DNA of 11,221 bases from Myxococcota bacterium (GTDB lineage: Bacteria; Myxococcota; XYA12-FULL-58-9; JALHOP01). Both the position numbers and the translations under genes were made by a program. Shown piece by piece: positions 1 through 7,194 of the stretch (its first letter is position 1; every line of letters starts with the position of its first letter). The notes under the pieces were generated by a model. The model was not told the DNA's origin. It was given only the letters and a program-made list of their open reading frames with translations, and did not search any database. The stretch is taken from NCBI GenBank assembly GCA_041288095.1, contig JBGGMJ010000029.1:1-11221 (forward strand), written 5' to 3'.

Positions 1-14
1 GGGGTTCTGCATGA

Positions 15-87
15 GCCGGAGGAGTTGTGCTTCGCTGCCTATGTCGGTGTGTCCGCTGTGGCGGAATGCGCGTCAACGCGCATTTTG
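15..87. repeat. Left arm of long imperfect inverted repeat; overlaps the last ~16 codons and stop of the HNH gene; contains palindrome AATGCGCGT-CA-ACGCGCATT (65-84)
   Basis: Three collinear blocks match the reverse complement of 1334-1408: 15-35 vs 1390-1408 (19/21), 41-62 vs 1368-1387 (16/22), 63-87 vs 1334-1357 (22/25). Weaker extension to about 5 and 104. Confidence 0.88.
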
Positions 88-1106
88 GTGAAGTTGCGGG
101 CTTGGTTATGGGCGCGGCAGTAGAGGCGCAGATTCGAAGTCATGGTTTCACCGCCGTCGGCGAACGTGATCTTGTGGTCGAACTCGATCCAGGCGGTCGC
201 GCTGCAGCGCTTGCCTGTGGCGCTGACGAAGGCACAGCGGTCGCCGTCGCGCTCCGAGACTTCGCGTCGGGTCGGGGCTCCTGGGGCACGTGACTTGTCG
301 GGGGCGCGCTCGTCGCGGACCTCGCCGAGAGGGAGCTGCTTTGGTTTGTCGCTGCGGCCGAGCTTGCGCTTCTCGACTGCCTTGCGTTGATCCTTGATGG
401 CCTTGCTGATGACCTTGGCGATGTCACCGTCGGGAACACTGTGTCGCACGAGGTCGCGCAGGCGCATGAGCTCCTCGTAGGTCTCGGCGTCGATGGTGAG
501 CTTGAGCTTGTAGTGACCCGCGTCGAGGGCCTCGGGTTGTGGCGCGCGCGGCGGAGGGGGGAGCTCGAGCCGCGGAACCAGCGCTGATGAGGCTGGCGCT
601 TCAGCGACCTGCGCATGTTCCTGTGCCCGCCGCTCCTCGACCTTCGCCGCAAACAGGCCCGGCCGCTCATCGACCTTCACTCTGAAGACCGTCGTCGGAA
701 CGTGCGGCCTCGGCTCCCAGGTCGCCACCAGGCGCTTAATCTGCGCGCAGGTCTTGCCCACGGCCGCCTTGAGCCGCTCGTCGTAGTTGCCGGCGTCGAG
801 CACTGGGTTTAGGAGCAGCAACCCCGACAGATGCAACTGACGCGCTCGCAACATGTCCAGCACGACCGGATAGTCGACGATGAGATACGCAGCGGTAACG
901 CGCCGCCCAGCCTCATACCAGGAGTACCCGAGCTCTTCGACGCAGTAGGTGCGAAGACTCGTGCACGCCTCGCTGAGATGGAGCTTTCTGCGCGCAACCT
1001 CCGCGAGATGCGCGATGACGTGGACACATTCGCCATGCTCCCGCGCGGCGCAAGCCTTCAAGGACACCAAGAGCTCATCGGGTGCTAAAGCGGACAAGTC
1101 GTTCAT
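39..1106 (-). CDS. HNH endonuclease domain protein (helical DUF222-like N-terminus, possible ribbon-helix-helix middle, C-terminal HNH), 355 aa
   Basis: C-terminus has a McrA-type HNH signature: RREVSERDGDRCAF...KRC...IEFDHKITFADGGETMTSNLRLYCRAHN. The middle segment YKLKLTIDAETYEELMRLRDLV...DIAKVISKAI resembles beta-alpha-alpha. DUF222-like and RHH labels are inference. Confidence 0.88.
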   Translation of the reverse strand: MNDLSALAPDELLVSLKACAAREHGECVHVIAHLAEVARRKLHLSEACTSLRTYCVEELGYSWYEAGRRVTAAYLIVDYPVVLDMLRARQLHLSGLLLLNPVLDAGNYDERLKAAVGKTCAQIKRLVATWEPRPHVPTTVFRVKVDERPGLFAAKVEERRAQEHAQVAEAPASSALVPRLELPPPPRAPQPEALDAGHYKLKLTIDAETYEELMRLRDLVRHSVPDGDIAKVISKAIKDQRKAVEKRKLGRSDKPKQLPLGEVRDERAPDKSRAPGAPTRREVSERDGDRCAFVSATGKRCSATAWIEFDHKITFADGGETMTSNLRLYCRAHNQARNFTKMRVDAHSATADTPT

Positions 1107-1111
1107 GACTC

Positions 1112-1120
1112 ATCCTAACA
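1112..1120 (-). promoter_or_regulatory. Extended -10-like element TGtTAGGAT, 5 nt before the HNH ATG
   Basis: Minus strand reads tgtTAGGATgagtcATG. No good -35. AGGA could instead be a Shine-Dalgarno. Confidence 0.45.
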
Positions 1121-1210
1121 TGGGAAATTTCTGCCCCTTTGCAGCCCCGTGGTGCCCCGCAAATGCCCGCGGATGCGAAAATCACGGAAGCCGCCGCGAA
1201 AACGAAACAG

Positions 1211-1290
1211 CGCGTACGCCAACACGCGCCAAGGCCATTCCAGAGCACGCCGGAAGCGCTAAGGCGCCAACACCGAAAAGCGACGTCAAC
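1211..1290. repeat. Third, degenerate copy of the repeat unit, same orientation as the right arm
   Basis: 1211-1241 cgcgtacgccaacacgcgccaaggccattcc resembles 1326-1357 cgcgtacgcaaaatacgcgttaacgcgcatcc. 1270-1290 acaccgaaaagcgacgtcaac resembles the left-arm reverse complement acaccgacataggcagcgaagcacaac. Confidence 0.55.
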
Positions 1291-1333
1291 ACCAAAGTGA
1301 AGTCACTGTCGTTTTCTCACACGCCCGCGTACG

Positions 1334-1408
1334 CAAAATACGCGTTAACGCGCATCCTCAATCGTCAGCTATAGCGGCACGCCCCATTTGCGAAGCACAA
1401 CCTCCGGC
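1334..1408. repeat. Right arm of the inverted repeat; contains perfect palindrome CGCGTTAACGCG (1341-1352)
   Basis: Reverse complement reads gccggagg--ttgtgcttcgc...atggggcgtgccgctatagc...ggatgcgcgttaacgcgtattttg, collinear with 15-87. Weaker extension to about 1320 and 1420. Confidence 0.88.
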
Positions 1409-1502
1409 CCCGCGCAGCAAGCAGACGCCAAGGTAACCGCCCGCCCCCGGGTCTCCTCCACCCCCTGGGAGCAGATCCACCGAGGCCCCAAACAGCAGAC
1501 GC

Positions 1503-1536
1503 TAAAACGGCTCGCAAGTGACCGCAAAACAAGCCG
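1503..1536 (-). terminator. Probable intrinsic terminator of the 1541-3385 gene
   Basis: Minus strand CGGCTTG-ttttgcggtcacttg-CGAGCCG stem (one G-U pair) starts 4 nt after the stop codon and is followed by TTTTA. Confidence 0.5.
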
Positions 1537-1540
1537 AAGA

Positions 1541-3385
1541 CTAACTCGCCGGCACATCACCGTGGCGCGACCAGCTGCGCACGAAGTCCTCGTGCTTGGC
1601 GTGCTCACTGAAGCGGCTGCCCTGGCTGCCGGCGAAGATCCAATAAGCGCGGCGATCGACCTCCGTGACCCGTGAGACATCGCCGTCGTACATGTTGGCG
1701 CCTAGCCGTGGACCTACGAGCAGGTCGAGCGCGCCGCGTTGCGCCGCGCGATGCGTGGGCTCGACCGCGTAGATTGCGGGGCGGCCGCTGAGAATGTTGT
1801 GGCCGACAGCGTCGACGATAGCCGGGTCGAGCCGATCGTGGACCGTCGTCGTGCCGCGCGCCATGACGTAGTTGTTGTTGACGAACGCCCAAGAGCGCGC
1901 CTGCCCTGCGTTGCTGGTCGGCCTCTCGACCACCACCGAAGCGGCGTGGGTGTCGAGCAAAACCCAGTAGGTCTGGAAACGGGGCTGGCCATCGGCGCGG
2001 CGAATGCCAGCGAAGACATGCGTCGTAATGGCGGCGAAGAACTCGCAGTCTAGGAGCCGCTGGCCGGTACGCGCGGGCAGCAGATCGTTCACCAGCCCTT
2101 GGGTGTCGTGCGTGAGGCGGCCGATGTCGAAGTCCTGCATCCCCGCGACCTTCACCGCGCCTTGAATGTCGAGCGAGTGGCCGTGCAGGTAAAAAGCCGT
2201 CAGGTATTGCTGCCACCGCGTGAACACCTCGGCTGGCGGCGTGCCACGGTCGAGGAGCTGTTGCACGTGGGCGCGGACCTGTCCCAGGTCGTACGGGTTG
2301 CCGCCGCGCTGCCAGCCTTCGCTCTGTTGCCAATCGTGTTGGGCCTTCAAGGTACGAGCGTACGTTGCAGCGGACACTGTGCGCGTATCGGCGTCGAAGT
2401 TGTAAACGAGGTCGACTTGACGCGGCAGCCACTGGGCGCTGCCCGTGCGCACGTCCCGCAGGTCGCTGCGGTAGTAGCCGTCGAAAGCGCGCATGCCGAC
2501 GACCAAGTCGGCGTTGGTCGTGCCCACCACGCGGCCGTCGTTCACGGCGACGCTCCACCCATCCCGGAACTCGACCGGTAGGTTGCTCACCTCGAGGCTC
2601 AGCCGCTGCAGCTGGGCGATGAATCCGTCGAGCTGCTGGCGATTGCCGGCGCCGATGAGCCGGCGCGTCGCGCCTTCGACGATGCGCTGCGCCTCCGCGG
2701 CACGTCGCGGCGAAGCGGGTTGCGCCGCCAGTCGCTCCAAGGCCGCGATGGCGGAGTCAGGTGCTCCCGTGAATACGGGCACGTCTTCGACTTGGGGGGC
2801 CGGTCCGGAGGGGCCGGCGCTGCGTGCGTTGCCCGATGGCCGTGCCGGGGTGGGCGTCGCTTGCGCGGTGCGTTCGGCGGCCCGCTCGAGCTGCAAGCGC
2901 ACGGCGTAGCCCACCAAACGCCGGCCGTCGGCGTCACTCGCGCGCAAGCGATTCTCGGCGATCAAGGCGCCGGTGACCGCGTCGACGAGCTGCTCGCGCT
3001 CGAGGGGTGAAAGGGCGGCGAGCTCGCGGCTCATCGAGCGCCACTGGGTCTCGAGGGCGGCGACCAGCGCCAGGTCCCACGGGCGGCCCGAGAGCGCCCG
3101 CATGGCCACGGTGGCGTTACCCGAGATGGCGGCGGCGGCGCGGGTCAGAGTCTGCGATGGCGGACGGAGCGCGCCACCGCGTGGAGCGGCGAGGCGCTGG
3201 AGTTGGCGGCGCTCGCGACCCGTGGCCCGAGGGGCCGGTGCGTTGAGGACGGGGTCGCGACCGACGGCGACACCCTCTTCCGACGGGCCGACGGCGAGGC
3301 TCCGCGAAGGGGCCGAAACGGATGAGACCGCCGGAAGTGCCACGTCGTCATTATCTCGCCCGCCGGCCCCTGGGTTGCTTCGCAC
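1541..3385 (-). CDS. Hypothetical protein (614 aa; alternative start GTG 3343 gives 600 aa) with low-complexity N-terminus and candidate transglutaminase/papain-like C-terminal domain
   Basis: Long ORF filling the gap between fpr and a terminator-like hairpin. Globular C-terminal half with LLDCEFFAAI...DTHAASVVV...WAFVNNN. No SD before 3385; GATAAT-N6-GTG precedes 3343. Function is inferred. Confidence 0.78.
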   Translation of the reverse strand: MRSNPGAGGRDNDDVALPAVSSVSAPSRSLAVGPSEEGVAVGRDPVLNAPAPRATGRERRQLQRLAAPRGGALRPPSQTLTRAAAAISGNATVAMRALSGRPWDLALVAALETQWRSMSRELAALSPLEREQLVDAVTGALIAENRLRASDADGRRLVGYAVRLQLERAAERTAQATPTPARPSGNARSAGPSGPAPQVEDVPVFTGAPDSAIAALERLAAQPASPRRAAEAQRIVEGATRRLIGAGNRQQLDGFIAQLQRLSLEVSNLPVEFRDGWSVAVNDGRVVGTTNADLVVGMRAFDGYYRSDLRDVRTGSAQWLPRQVDLVYNFDADTRTVSAATYARTLKAQHDWQQSEGWQRGGNPYDLGQVRAHVQQLLDRGTPPAEVFTRWQQYLTAFYLHGHSLDIQGAVKVAGMQDFDIGRLTHDTQGLVNDLLPARTGQRLLDCEFFAAITTHVFAGIRRADGQPRFQTYWVLLDTHAASVVVERPTSNAGQARSWAFVNNNYVMARGTTTVHDRLDPAIVDAVGHNILSGRPAIYAVEPTHRAAQRGALDLLVGPRLGANMYDGDVSRVTEVDRRAYWIFAGSQGSRFSEHAKHEDFVRSWSRHGDVPAS

Positions 3386-3406
3386 GGCGCGGGGAAAACG
3401 TCGCGT

Positions 3407-4216
3407 TTACCAGTAACTTTCGATGTGCAGCTGCCCGGGATCGTGGCGCTTGTGCACCTTAAAGCCGCGAGATTCGAGCATGGCTTGCATACTGGTGATC
3501 ATGTCGGGGTTGCCGCAGAGGTAGACGTGCGCCGTTTGCGGCGTGACCTGACGTTGTGTCATTGCCTCGATCTCCCCGCCTTCGAAGAGCCCTTGCACCC
3601 GCCCGGTTCGCCCGCTCCAAGCGGTCTCGGGGCGCGTCACCGACGGGAGGTACGAGAGCCACGGGCGCGACGCGGCGAGCTTCAGCAGTCGATCGTGGTA
3701 GCCGAGGTCGGCGACGTAGCGCGTCCCATGCACCAAGACCCAGTGCCGGCCCTGGCGCGTCTCGCTCTGGGATTCGAGCATCGACATGAAGGGCGCGAGT
3801 CCGGTGCCGGTCGCGATCAAGAGGACGTCGTCGGCGGGCGTCACACCCTCGAGGGTGAACGTGCCCACGGCCTTCGTGCTCATCCAGACGCGCCCACCAA
3901 TCGGCAAGGCGAAGAGTCGCGGGGTGAAGGCGCCGTCATCCACCATGTTGAGATAGAACTCGACCGAATCACGCTGCGTCGATGGCGAGGCGATCGAATA
4001 GGCGCGCTTGATGAGCTTCTCGGTCGCGGCCACCTCCGGGTCGCGGTCCGCTTTAGCGTTCGATGCCCGCGCATGCGTGCCCGGGAGACCGAGCGTCGCG
4101 TATTGCCCCGGCAAGAAGTCGAATGCCGGTCCGTCCGGGCGGACGCCGACCACGAGCAGGTCGGGCCCGACCTCGTCGCGGCGCACGATAGTGGCATTGA
4201 GTGTTGGACTGGCCAT
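3407..4216 (-). CDS. fpr: Ferredoxin/flavodoxin-NADP+ reductase
   Basis: FLPGQY, RAYSIAS (FAD binding), ATGTGLAPF, YLCGNPDM and C-terminal ESYW typical of bacterial FNR. Confidence 0.95.
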   Translation of the reverse strand: MASPTLNATIVRRDEVGPDLLVVGVRPDGPAFDFLPGQYATLGLPGTHARASNAKADRDPEVAATEKLIKRAYSIASPSTQRDSVEFYLNMVDDGAFTPRLFALPIGGRVWMSTKAVGTFTLEGVTPADDVLLIATGTGLAPFMSMLESQSETRQGRHWVLVHGTRYVADLGYHDRLLKLAASRPWLSYLPSVTRPETAWSGRTGRVQGLFEGGEIEAMTQRQVTPQTAHVYLCGNPDMITSMQAMLESRGFKVHKRHDPGQLHIESYW

Positions 4217-4239
4217 CTGACGAACAAAATGCGTAGCAT
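4210..4239 (+). promoter_or_regulatory. Candidate promoter TGGCCA-N18-TAGCAT, 6 nt before the calB ATG
   Basis: TAGCAT at 4234-4239, ATG at 4246, no SD. The putative -35 overlaps the fpr start codon. Confidence 0.45.
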
Positions 4240-4245
4240 GATGTC

Positions 4246-5694
4246 ATGGGACAGTCAGCAACCGGATTGGCGGCGGCCGCCGGCACGACTCCGCACGAGC
4301 GCTTCGCGCGGATGCGCAAGGCGGTGCGGGAGCAAGGCTTTCCCGCCTACGAGCAGCGCCGTGAGCGCCTCGATCGCTTGCTCGGCCTGACGCTGGCTTA
4401 TCGCACGCGCTTTCTCGAGGCGGTCTCGGCGGACTTCGGTCACCGCTCGAAACACGAGACCGCGCTGGCGGAGATCTATCCGGCGGTCGCGAACATGCGA
4501 CACGCCCGCCGCAAGCTCTCGAGCTGGATGAAGCCCAAGCGGGCACCCTTGTCGCTGGTCTTCCTGCCGGCGCGCGCCAGCATCGTCTACGAGCCGCTCG
4601 GTGTCGTCGGCATCTTGTCGCCTTGGAACTATCCGCTCCTTTTGGCGCTCATCCCGGTGGCGGAGGCCATGGCGGCGGGCAACCGCGTCATGCTCAAGCC
4701 GTCCGAGCTGACGCCTGCGACCTCCGAGGTGCTCCGCGAGCTTTTCGCCAACGGCTTCGACGAAGACGAGGCCACCGTCATCACCGGCGGTGTCGAGGTC
4801 GCCCAGGACTTCGCGAGGCTCCCTTTCGATCACCTTTTCTTCACCGGCTCGACGAACGTCGGGCGGCACGTCATGCGCGCCGCGGCCGAGAACCTGACGC
4901 CGGTGACCCTCGAGCTCGGCGGCAAATCTCCGGCCCTGGTGCACGAGGACTATGATCTCGCGCGCGCCGCCGAGCGCATCACCTTCGGCAAGCTGTTGAA
5001 CGCCGGGCAAACATGCATCGCGCCCGACTATGCCCTGGTGCACGAGCGCAAGGTGGACGCGTTCGTCAGCGCCATTCAGTCCGCGGCCGCCCGCTTGTAC
5101 GGGCGTTACGAAGGCAACTCGAACTACAGCAGTATCGTCAGTGACCGCCATCGCGAGCGTCTGGTCCGGCTGCTCGACGAGGCCGAGAAGGGTGGCGCCA
5201 AGCTGGTACGCCTCGGCGACCCCGCGGTCGAAGAAGAAGAGAAGAACGAAGGCTCACGCAAGCTCGCGCCGACGCTCGTCATCGGAGCCAAGGCCGAGAT
5301 GACTCTGCTCAAAGAAGAGATCTTCGGACCGATTCTTCCCATCGTTCCCTACAGCGACCTCGAACAAGCCCTGCGCTACATCAACGAGCGCGACAAACCG
5401 CTCGCCTTCTACTACTTCGACGACGACGGCAGGCGCATCGAGGCCGTGCGCGCGCGCACCAGCTCGGGGGGCATGGTCGTCAACGATACGCTATTGCATA
5501 TCGCGCAAGAAGAGCTGGGCTTCGGCGGCGTCGGGCCGTCGGGCATGGGCCGCTATCACGGATTCGAAGGGTTCAAGACCTTCTCGAATCAACGGGCGGT
5601 CTACTACCAGTCGCGATGGGCCCAGACCTGGCGGTTCCAACCACCGTATCTGGGGTTCATCGATAAGATGTTGCGGTGGTTGATCGGCTACTGA
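4246..5694 (+). CDS. calB: Aldehyde dehydrogenase, coniferyl aldehyde dehydrogenase (CalB)/ALDH3-like
   Basis: PWNYP, FTGSTNVG, LELGGKSP (catalytic Glu), NAGQTCIAPDY (catalytic Cys), EEIFGP, FGGVGPSGMGRYHG; DFGHRS is typical of the CalB subfamily. Substrate not established. Confidence 0.92.
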   Translation: MGQSATGLAAAAGTTPHERFARMRKAVREQGFPAYEQRRERLDRLLGLTLAYRTRFLEAVSADFGHRSKHETALAEIYPAVANMRHARRKLSSWMKPKRAPLSLVFLPARASIVYEPLGVVGILSPWNYPLLLALIPVAEAMAAGNRVMLKPSELTPATSEVLRELFANGFDEDEATVITGGVEVAQDFARLPFDHLFFTGSTNVGRHVMRAAAENLTPVTLELGGKSPALVHEDYDLARAAERITFGKLLNAGQTCIAPDYALVHERKVDAFVSAIQSAAARLYGRYEGNSNYSSIVSDRHRERLVRLLDEAEKGGAKLVRLGDPAVEEEEKNEGSRKLAPTLVIGAKAEMTLLKEEIFGPILPIVPYSDLEQALRYINERDKPLAFYYFDDDGRRIEAVRARTSSGGMVVNDTLLHIAQEELGFGGVGPSGMGRYHGFEGFKTFSNQRAVYYQSRWAQTWRFQPPYLGFIDKMLRWLIGY

Positions 5695-7026
5695 CTACTT
5701 AGAGAGCGTCACGACCAGAGCATTGCCACGTGGCTCGACGCGGGCGTCTTGCACGTTGGCGGCGACCTCGAGCACGTAGCGGGTCTTGTCCTGATAGCTG
5801 CCGACCCGGACCTTGCTGACCAGAGCGCCTTTGGGCTCCGGGGTTTTGGCCTCGCGCTTGCCGGGGACATCGACGACGTAACGGCGTGGGTTGTCGAGCC
5901 AGAAGGCGTGGGGCTTCGCCGCGGCGCTGCCGCTCGCGAGAGTGACCTCGGTCGCGGGACCCGCCGCCTTGCGCGGGAGCAGGTCGCTCGCGGGCTTCAC
6001 CGGGGCCGGTGCGAGCTTCACGGGGGCTTGCGCGACCTTGGCGGGCTCGCTGGCCTTGGCGACGAGCGCCGGCTCTTCCACCTTCACGTTGACGATCGGG
6101 ACCGGAGGCTCGAGCTCGGGCACCGCGGGCTCGGCTGCCTTGGCCACGACGACGGGCTGACTTCCGCCTTGCGCGCCGATGGTGACCGGTGTCGCAAGCG
6201 GCGGCAACGCATCGGCCGCGGTCGCCTCGGCGATGGTGGCGGTCGGCAGCGGCAGCTCTTCGTCGAGGTCCTGGTTGCCGGCGCCGAAGACATGCGGCAA
6301 GGCCGACAGAATGAGGGCGAGGCCCATGCCGCCGATCATGCCGAACGCGGCGCTGCTCCAAGAGCTCTGGGCGCGGCGGGACACTGGGCGCGGCTGCTCG
6401 GGGGTCGGCATCAACGGCAACGGCCAATCCCCTGCCCTACCCTCGAGACGCTCGCGCACGGTGGCACCGATGCGCTGGGCTTCCTCGTCCGTGAGGCTGG
6501 TGAACTGTACGCCATAAAGGACATGCTGCGGATCGAGATCGCGCCGCCAGACGACGGCGCAGAGCAGCGACAGCGGATCTTCGGCGAGTCCGAGCTTGAA
6601 GCGCACCCAGATGCGCTGGCCGGGAGCGAGCTCGAGCGGCAAGGCGCAGGCGATGCCGGTGGTCGACAGGTTCAACACCGCGCCACGGTAGAGGTCGGAG
6701 TCGCCCTCGACCATGATGTCGAGCGGCACCGCGAAGCGCACCCGCTCCGGCGGGATGGCGCCGGCCGCGAGGATCGGCATCTCGGTGTCGAAAGCTTCTT
6801 CCGCGATGGCGTTCGGATCGGTCGGGCCCGCTTCCATGCCGGGCTCGTCGTCGAGGGTCAGAGACGAGACGTCCAGCTCGATGGCGTCTTCGAGCTCGGC
6901 GGGCGCTTCCTGAAAGCGGGTGTCGTCGATGGCTATCGGCATCGAGAAGAGGTCCGAGGAGAAGCCTTCCGGGCTGCCGGTGGGCTCATTTGCGTCAAAA
7001 TCGCTTCCGAACTTCGTTTCAGCCAT
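5695..7026 (-). CDS. PilZ domain / single TM / Pro-Ala linker / AMIN domain protein, 443 aa
   Basis: PilZ-like ERVRFAVPL...VLNLSTTGI...CAVVW...YGVQF; hydrophobic AAFGMIGGMGLALILSAL; AMIN-like FWLDNPRRYVVDV...VSKVRVGSYQDKTRYVLEV; acidic N-terminal ~90 aa. Confidence 0.85.
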   Translation of the reverse strand: MAETKFGSDFDANEPTGSPEGFSSDLFSMPIAIDDTRFQEAPAELEDAIELDVSSLTLDDEPGMEAGPTDPNAIAEEAFDTEMPILAAGAIPPERVRFAVPLDIMVEGDSDLYRGAVLNLSTTGIACALPLELAPGQRIWVRFKLGLAEDPLSLLCAVVWRRDLDPQHVLYGVQFTSLTDEEAQRIGATVRERLEGRAGDWPLPLMPTPEQPRPVSRRAQSSWSSAAFGMIGGMGLALILSALPHVFGAGNQDLDEELPLPTATIAEATAADALPPLATPVTIGAQGGSQPVVVAKAAEPAVPELEPPVPIVNVKVEEPALVAKASEPAKVAQAPVKLAPAPVKPASDLLPRKAAGPATEVTLASGSAAAKPHAFWLDNPRRYVVDVPGKREAKTPEPKGALVSKVRVGSYQDKTRYVLEVAANVQDARVEPRGNALVVTLSK

Positions 7027-7032
7027 GGGCGA

Positions 7033-7061
7033 AACCTAAAGCTCGCCGATCAAACGCTCAA
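7033..7061 (-). promoter_or_regulatory. Sigma70-like promoter TTGAGC-N17-TAGGTT, 6 nt before ATG 7026
   Basis: Minus strand: -35 at 7061-7056, -10 at 7038-7033, then tcgccc ATG. Confidence 0.6.
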
Positions 7062-7194
7062 ATTTTCGGCCAAATGATGCGGCCGGGGGCCACTTCTTTT
7101 TCCCCTCCCGAAGTGTCGGAGGCGGCCTGTATAGGGGGTCATCAACACAGCCGACCATCTCGCGAGACGAGACGGTTCAATTACGGAGATATGT

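Larger units (their letters stand above)
5..1420. mobile_element. Putative inverted-repeat-bounded element carrying a single HNH gene; left end may lie outside the window
   Basis: One nuclease ORF enclosed by long inverted repeats, with a composition unlike neighbouring genes. No DDE, HUH or recombinase motifs. Target-site duplication cannot be assessed. Mobility is inferred only. Confidence 0.5.

Noticed and set aside
39-1106. HNH gene as IscB, Cas9 fragment, TnpB or IS transposase
   Set aside because: No PLMP, RuvC, DDE or HUH motifs visible; the HNH domain is terminal.
15-1408. Inverted repeat as a strand-specific RNA stem (intron-like end pairing)
   Set aside because: Mismatches give G-U pairs on either strand about equally, so there is no support for one RNA strand; a DNA-level repeat is favoured, though RNA pairing is not excluded.
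1200-1420. CRISPR array beside the nuclease
   Set aside because: Only two or three degenerate copies, no identical repeats with regular unique spacers, no cas genes.
949-1680. ORFs 949-1374 (+), 1369-1680 (-) and 1388-1675 (+)
   Set aside because: They overlap better-supported genes and the repeat tract, with no recognisable domains.
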